This document shows, in pieces, positions 38,021 to 46,587 of a stretch of DNA of 64,000 bases. Position 1 is the first letter of the stretch. Each line of letters opens with the position of its first letter. The notes below the pieces were generated by a model. That model searched no databases, was not told the DNA's origin, and worked only from the letters and a program-made list of their open reading frames with translations. The translations under genes and the position numbers were made by a program. This DNA comes from a bacterium. Its GTDB lineage: Bacteria; Patescibacteriota; Patescibacteriia; JAACEG01; JAGUWE01. The stretch is taken from NCBI GenBank assembly GCA_043798995.1, contig JAZDOD010000009.1, forward strand, positions 14,015 through 78,014. Reading direction: 5' to 3'.

Positions 38021-38051
38021 TTTTTTATTAATTTAATTAAATAAAATTTAT

Positions 38052-39071
38052 ATGCCAAAAGACATAAAAAAAGAGAGTAAAAGTCAGGAGCCCAAAAGAG
38101 AAATTGCCGAAGCCATCAGCCAGATTAGGCAACGTTTTGGCGAGGGCTCAATTATGAGATTAGGAGAAGCCAAATCAATGAAAGTTGATGCCATTCCAAC
38201 CGGTTGCCTTTCTTTGGATATTGCTTTAGGAGTCGGTGGACTGCCGCGGGGTAGAGTGGTGGAAATTTTTGGACCCGAGGCCTCGGGTAAAACAACACTG
38301 GCCCAGCATGTCGTCGCCGAGGTGCAAAAAATGGGCGGGATAGCGGCTTTTATTGATGCTGAACATGCCTTAGATCCTGATTACGCCAAGAGAATTGGAG
38401 TCAATATTAATGATTTATTAATTTCCCAGCCGGATACCGGGGAACAAGCGCTGGATATTGTTGAGACCTTAGTGCGTTCCAATGGTGTGGATGTTATTGT
38501 AATTGATTCAGTGGCGGCGCTGACTCCCAAGGCAGAAATTGAAGGCGATATGGGAGATCACTTTATCGGACTGCAGGCTCGCCTGATGAGCCAGGCGCTT
38601 AGAAAACTAACAGCCATTATTGGTAAATCTCGCACTGTGGTCATTTTTATTAACCAGCTTAGAATGAAAATCGGTGTTTTTTTTGGCAATCCAGAGACCA
38701 CCACCGGCGGAGTTGCCTTAAAATTTTATTCCTCGGTTCGTATTGAGGTTCGCCGCAGCGCTCAAATCAAAAAAGGAGAACAAATTATTGGCAACCGGGT
38801 TCGGGCCAAAGTGGTGAAAAATAAAGTAGCTGCGCCATTTAAGAACACTGAATTTGATATTATGTATAACGAAGGCATTTCTCTTTCGGGTGATGTTTTA
38901 GATACAGCCACTAATCTTGGCGTTATAACTAAAGCCGGCAATACCTACAATTATGGTGAAATAAAACTCGGCGTTGGTCGCGAAGCAGCCAAGCAATATT
39001 TACGAGAAAACCCTAAACTCATCCAGGAAATCAAAGCCGCTACCTGGCAGGCGGTGAAGAAAGAGGAATAA
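38052..39071 (+). CDS. recA: recombinase RecA
   Basis: [11 protein letters not shown] Walker [12 protein letters not shown]1/L2 loops. Full-length match. Confidence 0.95.
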   Translation: MPKDIKKESKSQEPKREIAEAISQIRQRFGEGSIMRLGEAKSMKVDAIPTGCLSLDIALGVGGLPRGRVVEIFGPEASGKTTLAQHVVAEVQKMGGIAAFIDAEHALDPDYAKRIGVNINDLLISQPDTGEQALDIVETLVRSNGVDVIVIDSVAALTPKAEIEGDMGDHFIGLQARLMSQALRKLTAIIGKSRTVVIFINQLRMKIGVFFGNPETTTGGVALKFYSSVRIEVRRSAQIKKGEQIIGNRVRAKVVKNKVAAPFKNTEFDIMYNEGISLSGDVLDTATNLGVITKAGNTYNYGEIKLGVGREAAKQYLRENPKLIQEIKAATWQAVKKEE

Positions 39072-39183
39072 AAAAATAGAAATTATTTCGCATAATATAC
39101 AATATCAAGTATATTATATGCAAACACTTCACATAAAAACTACTTAGGCGACATTATCTATACAAACATTAAAAGAAGAATGT

Positions 39184-39510
39184 ATGTGGCAAATAATTGG
39201 CTGGATAATTTGGGGCTTATTAGCTTTTTTTGCTATTTCATGGGCATTTGGTTGCCGAACATATGCTAAATCGGGGCAAGGATTTCAATTGGCAACAGGT
39301 GTTCAAACTTTCTATTTTTGGATTATTGCCTTTCTTTTTTTAGTATTTGAGTGGAATAAACTTCACATACTTTGGGTAACTCCGATTGCGTTTTTCACAG
39401 CAAATTTATTGGTTCATGGAGGAATTCCTATTTTGTCACCTCTTGTATTATTTTCCACAAGAATATTTTTATCCATTATTCTTATTGGAGTTAGAAAACA
39501 TAATTCATAG
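39184..39510 (+). CDS. small membrane protein, hypothetical
   Basis: 108 aa with three or four TM helices. First gene of the accessory array. Confidence 0.4.
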   Translation: MWQIIGWIIWGLLAFFAISWAFGCRTYAKSGQGFQLATGVQTFYFWIIAFLFLVFEWNKLHILWVTPIAFFTANLLVHGGIPILSPLVLFSTRIFLSIILIGVRKHNS

Positions 39511-39534
39511 ACAACGTCACCCAACAGTTTATAT

Positions 39535-39554
39535 GGGGTGAGGCATTTGATATT
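39535..39554. repeat. left arm of the 20-bp perfect inverted repeat bracketing gene 39560..39883
   Basis: ggggtgaggcatttgatatt. Its reverse complement occurs at 39881-39900 (19/20). It ends 5 nt before the ATG. Confidence 0.6.
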
Positions 39555-39559
39555 TTTTT

Positions 39560-39883
39560 ATGAATAAGAAAATTCAAACAATTACGATTGTAAAAATTAT
39601 TGCTATTATAATGCTCTTTTGGGCGTTGGCTGATAATCCGTACGGATATTATCAAATTTTGCGTTGGGTTATATGCGGACTAACTGGATATTCGGCTTAT
39701 CTCGCCTATGAGCAAGGTAAAATTGCTTGGGCTTGGATTTTGGGAATTACGGCAATACTTTTTAATCCAATAGCACCTATTTACCTTGATCGTGAAACTT
39801 GGTCAGTATTGGATATAATCGCCGCCACAATAATTTTTACAAGTATATTTAAAATGGAAGTAGTTGCGAAAAAAGAGGAATAA
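39560..39883 (+). CDS. small membrane protein, hypothetical (IR-bracketed cassette gene)
   Basis: 107 aa with three TM helices. Precisely flanked by the 20-bp inverted repeats. Confidence 0.4.
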   Translation: MNKKIQTITIVKIIAIIMLFWALADNPYGYYQILRWVICGLTGYSAYLAYEQGKIAWAWILGITAILFNPIAPIYLDRETWSVLDIIAATIIFTSIFKMEVVAKKEE

Positions 39884-39900
39884 TATCAAATGCCTCACCC
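39881..39900. repeat. right arm of the 20-bp inverted repeat; begins at the stop codon of 39560..39883
   Basis: aatatcaaatgcctcaccc(a). Followed by the motif ctcacccaaattt, which recurs at 42111-42123 after another gene stop. Confidence 0.6.
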
Positions 39901-39982
39901 AAATTTTTGCTCCGTTTCACTTTGCAAAAACTTCAGATACACAGATACGTTTAGCTGAAATAAATTTAATTTTTATTTTTTT

Positions 39983-41239
39983 ATGTCAAATAAATTCAAT
40001 CCATTTAAGCCAAATAGTCCTGTGTTTACGGGAATGTTTGCAGGTAGAGAAAAAGAAATTAACGGTATAGCCAGATCATTATTCCAAACAAAAAATGGAA
40101 ATCCGAACCACATTTTACTTGTTGGTGAACGAGGTATCGGCAAAACATCTCTTTTGTCTTTAGCTAATAATTTTGCAAAAAATGAAATAATATGGGATGA
40201 ACAAAATTATAATTTTTTAACCATCCAAATTAATCTTTCAGAAAAAATGACTATGGCCGATTTGGCTGTATCCTTAAAAATTAAAGTCGAAAGAGAATTA
40301 GAAAAAATAAATCCAGAGATTACATTAATAAAAAAATGCTGGGATCATATTCTTAAAATCGAAGCAGGTGGAATTAAGTATAGAGGTTCCGATAATATGC
40401 AAGATGAAGAACCACAAATTTGTGAAAAATTTACGCATTCTCTAGTTGATACTGTTAAAAAATTAACTCAAGATACTGCAGCGAGCGAAGTTGGTATAAC
40501 CCAAAAAAAAGATGGGATGGTAATTTTAATAGATGAGGCCGACAGAGCAAATAAGTCTCTAAATTTAGGATCATTTTTAAAAAACTTAACGGAAGCTCTA
40601 AGTGTTGAAAATTGTAATAAAATATTATTTATACTTGCTGGACTACCCAATATACGTAAAATCCTTCTAGAAAGTCACGAATCATCATTGAGATTATTTC
40701 AAGAATATGAATTGCCTCCACTCTCAAAAAATGAGACAGATGAAGTAATAACGAGAGGCATTAAAGAAGGAAATGAAGCATCTAATTCAAAAATTACAAT
40801 AGGCCGCAAAGCTTTGGATTTAATTTATATATATTCAGAGGGTTATCCTCATTTTGTACAACAAATTGGGTATTCTTGTTTTGAGGTAAATTCTGATGAA
40901 GAAATTGACGAAGAAGATATTAAAAAAGGCTTTTTTATGAAAGGAGGCGCCTTAGACCTAATTGGTAATAGGGGTTACAAAAAGTTATATTATTCAGACA
41001 TAAACGTTGATTCGCAAAGAGAAATTCTTGATATTATGGCCGATAATTGGAATGATTGGGTATCGCGAGACAATATAATTAAAAAATTTTCAGGAAAAAA
41101 AACCGCACTTAATAATGGGTTAAGAGCATTAAAAGAAAAAAGTATTATTTTAATAAAAGAAGGTGAGAGGGGAAAATATAGATTACAATGGGCGAGTTTT
41201 GCTTTTTGGATAAAGAATCATAAAAAAATACAAAAATAA
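39983..41239 (+). CDS. AAA-type ATPase (archaeal-ATPase / ORC-Cdc6-like P-loop NTPase) with C-terminal winged-helix-like domain
   Basis: Walker A GERGIGKTSLL. Walker B MVILIDEADR. The C-terminus RDNIIKKFSGKKTALNNGLRALKEKSIILIKEGERGKYRL looks like a wHTH. The exact family is not assignable. Confidence 0.5.
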   Translation: MSNKFNPFKPNSPVFTGMFAGREKEINGIARSLFQTKNGNPNHILLVGERGIGKTSLLSLANNFAKNEIIWDEQNYNFLTIQINLSEKMTMADLAVSLKIKVERELEKINPEITLIKKCWDHILKIEAGGIKYRGSDNMQDEEPQICEKFTHSLVDTVKKLTQDTAASEVGITQKKDGMVILIDEADRANKSLNLGSFLKNLTEALSVENCNKILFILAGLPNIRKILLESHESSLRLFQEYELPPLSKNETDEVITRGIKEGNEASNSKITIGRKALDLIYIYSEGYPHFVQQIGYSCFEVNSDEEIDEEDIKKGFFMKGGALDLIGNRGYKKLYYSDINVDSQREILDIMADNWNDWVSRDNIIKKFSGKKTALNNGLRALKEKSIILIKEGERGKYRLQWASFAFWIKNHKKIQK

Positions 41240-41254
41240 AAATTAAATTAACAT

Positions 41255-41345
41255 CAGCTAACAGCGTGTATCGGGTTCGGTCTTCTCCGAAAGCCTCCGC
41301 CAAATTTGCCTCCGCTACGCTACGCAAACTTTAGATATTCCTAAA
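41255..41345. repeat. post-stop junction element, copy C of the TAACAGCG...AACGTTA family
   Basis: Starts gctaacagcgtg and ends ctaaacgttaagg. Internal direct repeat cctccgcc/cctccgct. Immediately follows the stop at 41239. Confidence 0.35.
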
Positions 41346-41385
41346 CGTTAAGGTGAAATTTAATTTTTAATTTAATAAAATTGAT

Positions 41386-41817
41386 ATGGACTCAAACAAA
41401 TTGCCTCGTAACATTATTTTAGTTAGCATCTTAATAATCGCCGTATCCATTGGTTATTATTATTTAATTTTTCTGCCTCAAAAAGAACGTAATAGAATAG
41501 AAGCCGAAAATCAAAAACGCGTTGAATCTATTAAAAATGATTGCATTGACAGAGTTTTAAAAGAAATGAAAAACGAACATCCTAAAATGGAAACTGAGGA
41601 AATCACTAGTTTTCGAATTGCTAGTGATCGAGGTTGTTTTATTGAGGCGGGTTGCATGAAAGGTGTTCAAGATAATTATTTTAAAGCTAAATTTGATGAG
41701 TGTAATAATGAATATTATAATACTTGTTTAGCAGGACTTAAAAACAAAGTAGATGAAATGATTGAGGCAGAAAAATTAAAAAGAATCAATGAATGTATAA
41801 ATCTATATTCAAATTAA
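41386..41817 (+). CDS. hypothetical membrane-anchored Cys-rich protein
   Basis: N-terminal TM anchor and a C-terminal domain with six Cys residues (CIDRV...CFIEAGC...CNNEYYNTC...CIN). Confidence 0.4.
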   Translation: MDSNKLPRNIILVSILIIAVSIGYYYLIFLPQKERNRIEAENQKRVESIKNDCIDRVLKEMKNEHPKMETEEITSFRIASDRGCFIEAGCMKGVQDNYFKAKFDECNNEYYNTCLAGLKNKVDEMIEAEKLKRINECINLYSN

Positions 41818-41820
41818 AAA

Positions 41821-41860
41821 TATAACTTCACTTAACACGGTTTATCCGATTCGCTCGCTA
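41821..41860. repeat. post-stop junction element, copy A (ATAACACGGTTTATCCGATTCGC)
   Basis: cacttaacacggtttatccgattcgctcgc, 4 nt after the stop at 41817. A near-identical copy B lies at 43600-43645. Confidence 0.45.
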
Positions 41861-41881
41861 AAAATATTAATTCGAAAATTT

Positions 41882-42076
41882 ATGGACAATAAACAATTAA
41901 CTAAGGATGATCTATTTAGGTGGCTATCAAATAAAATTGGTGGCGCGTCTATGGACGTTATTTTAGAAACTTTTTTAAAATTTAGTGATAGAGAATCATT
42001 ATTTTGTTTTGTAAAAGAGCTTGAAAATGAAGGGCTTATTTACAAATATAATGGTGAATTTTGGATAAAAAAATAA
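41882..42076 (+). CDS. small hypothetical protein (64 aa, winged-helix-like)
   Basis: MDNKQLTKDDLFRWLSNKIGGASMDVILETFLKF...GLIYKYNGEFWIKK. No family assignable. Confidence 0.35.
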   Translation: MDNKQLTKDDLFRWLSNKIGGASMDVILETFLKFSDRESLFCFVKELENEGLIYKYNGEFWIKK

Positions 42077-42195
42077 ATGCCTATTTTATATTCATAAATA
42101 TTTTTAGCTCGCTCACCCAAATTTGGTAGTAGTGAGCACTGGCGCGTAAATTATACCACTGCCAAATTTCGGCTATCCCAAGCCATTAGCCGCTA

Positions 42196-42831
42196 TTGCC
42201 TTTAAAGAGGATAAAAAATATGGGATTATTTTCACTTGATTATCAAAACATGCCAGGCCAGTGTATCTATGCCAAAGGTGGCTTGAAGTTCCGTGCCGAC
42301 GAAGATGCACTACGCCACTACTTTGCCCCAATTTTGCCTTATGTGTCTCTAAACGATCTTATCGGCGAAAGTGTTTTCTGGTCTATGCTACCATCAACAG
42401 TGGCTATCTGGACATTTCCTTTTCTTCTTCATAGTCAAGGAATCCTATTTGCTATAATCGCCACACTAGCCCTCTATTTAGTTGCGGAAATAGGTCATAT
42501 GGCTTTCTATATAAAGCCGCTCAATTACGTAGTTTTCATTTTAGGAAATCAGTTCCTCTCGTTGGTCGTTTATATTATCTGGGCAGTAATACTCATTCTC
42601 TCTGGTTCTATAGTTGGAGCTATAATTTTGGGGGTGTGGTTTTTGTTTTTTGCGCTTGGTCTTAGTCAAATAATATTTCTTTTGCCAATAATTCCCTTCC
42701 TTACAAAACTTTTTTCCTTACCACCATCTGATCAGGTGTTAAAAAACGTTGGCTGGCATTGTGCTAGAAAATTTGGAATTGACCCAACTAAATGGAAGAT
42801 GTATGACCAAAAAACAGGCAACGGCGGCTAA
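42196..42831 (+). CDS. hypothetical membrane protein
   Basis: 211 aa with about five TM helices. Confidence 0.4.
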   Translation: MPLKRIKNMGLFSLDYQNMPGQCIYAKGGLKFRADEDALRHYFAPILPYVSLNDLIGESVFWSMLPSTVAIWTFPFLLHSQGILFAIIATLALYLVAEIGHMAFYIKPLNYVVFILGNQFLSLVVYIIWAVILILSGSIVGAIILGVWFLFFALGLSQIIFLLPIIPFLTKLFSLPPSDQVLKNVGWHCARKFGIDPTKWKMYDQKTGNGG

Positions 42832-42900
42832 CAGCGGATAAAAGGGAAATTAAAGATTTCCCCAAATTGCCTTCGGCAACTTCTTTTATCCACAAAACGT
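42826..42900. repeat. post-stop junction element, copy D, imperfect ~70-bp palindrome containing a perfect DnaA box
   Basis: gctaacagcggataaaag...cttcttttatccacaaaacgtta. The arms ggataaaag and cttttatcc pair, and there is an internal hairpin gggaaat...atttccc. It overlaps the stop at 42831. Confidence 0.4.
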
Positions 42901-42924
42901 TATATGAAATAATAAAAAAATTTA

Positions 42925-43596
42925 TTGCTTATGAATGACTTTAATGATATTGTCGAGAGACATAGAAAAAGAGGCGAAGAAATTGTAGAAAAGTTTAAAC
43001 AGGACTCAGAAAGGAGGGAAGCCAAAATGGCTAAAGGCGTAGAGCGACTTGAGGATTTATCAATGCAGAATTTCGCCTCTTGGCGAGATTATCTATACAA
43101 ATACTTCAGCGTTATCTTATTACTTATCGGAGCCACAGGAGTTTTGCAATCGGAAAAGTTTAATGACCCATGGTTTAAAGCAGGTATATTCACAACTCTG
43201 GTTGGAGTCTTCATTGGCTATGTTTTTATCAATATATATTTCTATATAGAAAGAAAGTGGCTCCAAGCGCAAAATATCATTGGCTTAGAAGGAACTTACT
43301 CTTTACATGAACACCCCAAAGCAAAAACGGGCGATATCCGAGAAGCAATTATCCTCCATCAGCTAGATTATATAGAACAGATCAAGAAAAGATTAGAGGA
43401 AGCTAAAGCGAATAATGACAAAAAAATGATAAGACATTACAAAAAGGTTATTAGGATTAATAAGCGATTAAACTTTTCCATCAAATTTACTGGGGAGCAG
43501 TTTGGTATAATAGAACACATTTGGATATCAGGGACAATACTAAGCTTATTCCTAACGATCTCTGGTATAGCAATTGTTTTCTTAAACATTCGATAA
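42925..43596 (+). CDS. hypothetical membrane protein with N-terminal coiled-coil segment
   Basis: 223 aa with four TM helices. Confidence 0.4.
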   Translation: MLMNDFNDIVERHRKRGEEIVEKFKQDSERREAKMAKGVERLEDLSMQNFASWRDYLYKYFSVILLLIGATGVLQSEKFNDPWFKAGIFTTLVGVFIGYVFINIYFYIERKWLQAQNIIGLEGTYSLHEHPKAKTGDIREAIILHQLDYIEQIKKRLEEAKANNDKKMIRHYKKVIRINKRLNFSIKFTGEQFGIIEHIWISGTILSLFLTISGIAIVFLNIR

Positions 43597-43599
43597 AAT

Positions 43600-43645
43600 T
43601 TTTGATTACATCCAATAACACGGTTTATTCGATTCGCGTTTGTTA
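43600..43645. repeat. post-stop junction element, copy B (ATAACACGGTTTATTCGATTCGCG), ends in GTTAAAT
   Basis: ccaataacacggtttattcgattcgcgtttgttaaat, which is 22/23 identical to copy A over the core. Starts 4 nt after the stop at 43596. Confidence 0.45.
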
Positions 43646-43966
43646 AATAAATTATTTTTTAATAATTACAGTCCTATGAATTTAGTAAGCACTAACCTCA
43701 AAAAAATCATTTTAGTAACTAGTGTAATATTAATGGTTGGAACAGTTAGTACAAGGGCATTGTTTCTACGAGAAGGGAATATTATAATTGGTTCCCTGTT
43801 CTCAATAGGATTTGGACTTTTAATCTCTCTTGGAGTATTGATTACTATACAAAAAATATTTTTCAATAAAAATATTAAAAAATGCTCTTTTTGTTCTGAA
43901 GAAATTTTAGCTGATGCAATCAAATGTAGATATTGCGGTGAATTTTTAAATAAAAAAATAAAATGA
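43640..43966 (+). CDS. membrane protein with C-terminal zinc ribbon
   Basis: Two TM helices, then CSFCSEEILADAIKCRYCGEF. Confidence 0.4.
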   Translation: MLNKLFFNNYSPMNLVSTNLKKIILVTSVILMVGTVSTRALFLREGNIIIGSLFSIGFGLLISLGVLITIQKIFFNKNIKKCSFCSEEILADAIKCRYCGEFLNKKIK

Positions 43967-44130
43967 AAGACTATATTTTTTATCCATTACTTACAGCCAT
44001 TTTCTGGATTCTTATGTCTTTATTTGTATATAAAGACGATTCGACTCAAGAAAAAACTAAGATGGCAATTGGCGCCGGTGTTATCGGTTTGATTATGGGC
44101 ATTTTTTTCTATTTTTTTGGATTTTACTAA
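43963..44130 (+). CDS. small TM protein (55 aa), start overlaps upstream stop (ATGA)
   Basis: MKDYIFYPLLTAIFWILMSLFVYKDDSTQEKTKMAIGAGVIGLIMGIFFYFFGFY. Below the ORF-track size cutoff. Confidence 0.3.
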   Translation: MKDYIFYPLLTAIFWILMSLFVYKDDSTQEKTKMAIGAGVIGLIMGIFFYFFGFY

Positions 44131-44382
44131 TTTCATTCAAAAATAAAAATATTTAGTAAACGCTCATCCAAATGCGCTTTCGCTAAAGCTCCAGCGCTCC
44201 AGGTGTTATACAAAAAAGTTCAACCAAAAAAGACGGAAAATATAGCCGTCTTTTTAAAATGTCATCCTGATCCGCCAGTCGGCGGATTCAGGATTTCTTA
44301 ATTAATATATCAAAATGTCGAGATAAGTTCGTCCCAAAGAGATTCTGAAACAAGTTCAGAATGACAAATTAATTATTTAAAC

Positions 44383-44431
44383 TTGACAGGATATTTTACT
44401 TATGTTAGTATTGTAATACAATGTATTACAA
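44383..44431 (+). promoter_or_regulatory. promoter TTGACA-17-TAGTAT with adjacent perfect palindromic operator TTGTAATACAatgTATTACAA
   Basis: -35 at 44383-44388 and -10 at 44406-44411. A 10+10-bp perfect inverted repeat at 44411-44431 lies 17 nt before the antitoxin start. This layout is typical of RHH-antitoxin autoregulation. Confidence 0.45.
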
Positions 44432-44447
44432 TTAATCAAAAAAAAAT

Positions 44448-44663
44448 ATGCGTGAAATAATCAATATTTCCCTGCCTTCTCCGCTGGTCAAAACCGTTAA
44501 AAAAGCGGTTAAAGAAGGCGATTATATGAGTGTTAGCGAATTTTTTCGTGATTTACTGCGGGACTGGCAGAAAGGTAAATTATTAAGCGAGCTCAACGAA
44601 AGCCGCGAAGAAATTAGATCCGGCAAGGGCAAAACCTTAAAATCCTTAAAGGATTTAAGATAG
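44448..44663 (+). CDS. ribbon-helix-helix (ParD/CopG-like) antitoxin
   Basis: 71 aa. INISLPSPLVKTVKKAVKEGDYMSVSEFFRDLLRDWQ has a beta-alpha-alpha pattern. It lies 8 nt upstream of a RelE/ParE-family toxin gene. Confidence 0.6.
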   Translation: MREIINISLPSPLVKTVKKAVKEGDYMSVSEFFRDLLRDWQKGKLLSELNESREEIRSGKGKTLKSLKDLR

Positions 44664-44671
44664 TTTTCTGT

Positions 44672-44932
44672 ATGAATATTGTTTATAGCTCAAAATTTGC
44701 GCGTGAATACAGAAAATTACCTAACAATATAAAAACCATTGCCGAGCAACAAGAAAAAATATTTCGCAAAAATCCTTTTGACCAAAAACTAAAAACTCAC
44801 AAACTAAAAGGCAGGTTGAAAGGATTTTTATCTTTTTCTATTGGTTATCAGTACCGAATAATTTTTGAATTCGGAAAAGATAAAAAAACCGTCTATTTTC
44901 ATTTTGTTGGTAACCATGGTATTTATCAATAA
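44672..44932 (+). CDS. RelE/ParE-family toxin (type II TA)
   Basis: 86 aa. KTHKLKGRLKGFLSFSIGYQYRIIFEF...KKTVYFHFVGNHGIY matches the RelE/ParE/YafQ pattern (KL.G....E.RIG.YR.I..I..D..V.I..IGHR..IY). Confidence 0.7.
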   Translation: MNIVYSSKFAREYRKLPNNIKTIAEQQEKIFRKNPFDQKLKTHKLKGRLKGFLSFSIGYQYRIIFEFGKDKKTVYFHFVGNHGIYQ

Positions 44933-45227
44933 CAAATCAATAACCACATTAAGTATAACCAAAAAAGACGGATTACATTTTCCGTCTTTTTTGATGTCAC
45001 CCTGAACTTGTTTCAGGGTCTCTTTTAGGACTTCCATAGATGCTGAAATAAATTCAGCATGACAGATAAAAAATTGTTCGAGATTGCTACTCCGCCAGAG
45101 GCGGATCGCAATGACATTTTAGTTTAAGTTTTAAAATTAGTTCATTAAAAATTATTTAAAAATTGTCCACCGGAGGCGGATCCGCCTTGGGCGGAAAAAT
45201 TTAAAATTTAAAATTAAAAATTTTAAA

Positions 45228-45791
45228 TTACACTCTCTCCACATACAACCCCGTATCGGTATTAACGCGGAGAATGTCTCCTTCTTTGACAAAAAGCGGG
45301 GCGTTAACAATAAGGCCGGTTTCTAAAGTGACTTGTTTGGTAGCGCTGCCTTGGGCAGTATCCCCGCGCACGGCTGGCGGAGAAGAAATAACCTTGTAAT
45401 CAATTTTTTTTGGTAGTTCAATATTTACCGGCTGGTTATTAAAATACAAAACTATAACTTCTATGCCTTCTTTTAAAAATTTAACCCGTTCATTTAATTG
45501 TTCGGCGCTGAAATTAAACTGCTCAAAAGTTTCGTTATCCATAAAAAAATAACCTTGAGCGTCTTGATAAAGAAAATTAGCTTTGTGTTTTTCTAAGTCG
45601 GCTTCCTCAACTTTATCGCCCGGCTTGAAATTAATTTCCAAGACCTTGCCGCTTAAGAGATTTTTCAGTTTTGTCTGCATCACCGGTTTTCTTTGCTGGC
45701 AACGCATAAAATGAGCCTCTACCACTTGGTAGGGCTCATTGTTTATTTTTAAACATAATCCTTGCTTGATGTCGTTAAGCGAAGAAATCAT
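45228..45791 (-). CDS. efp: elongation factor P
   Basis: 187 aa starting MISSLNDIKQGLCLK. KOW-like N-terminus and two OB domains. The start is trimmed from the longer track ORF, whose extension translates repeat R4. Confidence 0.85.
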   Translation of the reverse strand: MISSLNDIKQGLCLKINNEPYQVVEAHFMRCQQRKPVMQTKLKNLLSGKVLEINFKPGDKVEEADLEKHKANFLYQDAQGYFFMDNETFEQFNFSAEQLNERVKFLKEGIEVIVLYFNNQPVNIELPKKIDYKVISSPPAVRGDTAQGSATKQVTLETGLIVNAPLFVKEGDILRVNTDTGLYVERV

Positions 45792-45803
45792 ATGGTTCGT
45801 TTT

Positions 45804-45840
45804 CCCCTCCTTTGAAAAAGGAGGGTTAGGGGGATTTTTA
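45804..45840. repeat. palindromic hairpin element, copy R4
   Basis: cccctcctttgaaaaaggagggttagggggatttt. It fills the efp-rpsR intergenic space. Confidence 0.5.
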
Positions 45841-46071
45841 CTATCTTTTAAGAAAGGGTATAAGCGCCATAATGCGGGCGCGTTTAATGGCTTCGGCCAT
45901 TTTTCTTTGATGTTTGGCGCAGAGGCCGCTTTTTCGCCGCGGTCTGATTTTGGCATAAGAAGACAAAAATCGTCGCAATATTTGCGCATCTTTGTAATCA
46001 ACTCTTTGTTCAGCATTAAGGCAAAAATAACAATTTTTTCTTTGTCTGATTATAGTATTTTTTTTAAGCAT
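45841..46071 (-). CDS. rpsR: 30S ribosomal protein S18
   Basis: 76 aa. YFCLNAEQRVDYKDAQILRRFLSSYAKIRPRRKSGLCAKHQRKMAEAIKRAR matches the S18 pattern. Confidence 0.9.
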   Translation of the reverse strand: MLKKNTIIRQRKNCYFCLNAEQRVDYKDAQILRRFLSSYAKIRPRRKSGLCAKHQRKMAEAIKRARIMALIPFLKR

Positions 46072-46080
46072 AAATTAATT

Positions 46081-46536
46081 TTAAAATGGTATTGTTTCAA
46101 CGTTAATTTCTTCGTCTGAATTACCTCCAAAAACCGATGGTTCTTCAGGTATTTGAGATGGAGCCGGACTTGGATTTTGATTGGCAGTAAAATTAGCGCC
46201 TTGAGAAGGGGCTCTATCCAGCATAATCATATTTTCCGTGATAATTTCAGTCCGATTTCTTTTTGCCCCGTCCTGGCCAACCCAGTCCCTGGTTTGGAGC
46301 CGGCCTTCAATATAAACCTTACGCCCTTTGGTTAAAAATTGGCGGCAGATTTCAGCCAACTTTCCCCAGGCCACTATATTGTGATACTCAACAGATTCTT
46401 GGCGCTGGCCCGAGGCATTGGTCCAGATGCGGTTAGTCGCCACGGAGAAAGTTACAACATTTTGCCCAGAATTCGTGGTTCGCATTTCCGGATCTCGGGT
46501 TAAATTGCCAATAATCATGACTTTATTTAGATTCAT
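46081..46536 (-). CDS. ssb: single-stranded DNA-binding protein
   Basis: OB fold MNLNKVMIIGNLTRDPEMR...VVTFSVA. Acidic C-terminal tail ending DEEINVETIPF. Classic position between rpsF and rpsR. Confidence 0.9.
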   Translation of the reverse strand: MNLNKVMIIGNLTRDPEMRTTNSGQNVVTFSVATNRIWTNASGQRQESVEYHNIVAWGKLAEICRQFLTKGRKVYIEGRLQTRDWVGQDGAKRNRTEIITENMIMLDRAPSQGANFTANQNPSPAPSQIPEEPSVFGGNSDEEINVETIPF

Positions 46537-46587
46537 AGGTTTTAAAAATTTTTAAAATTATTTTTAAGTTTTCTATATTTTATCGCT

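Noticed and set aside
41255-43645. Calling the post-stop repeats bona fide integron attC sites
   Set aside because: Only partial resemblance to R''/R' core motifs and no integrase in the window. Reported as a cassette-like array hypothesis, not as an integron.
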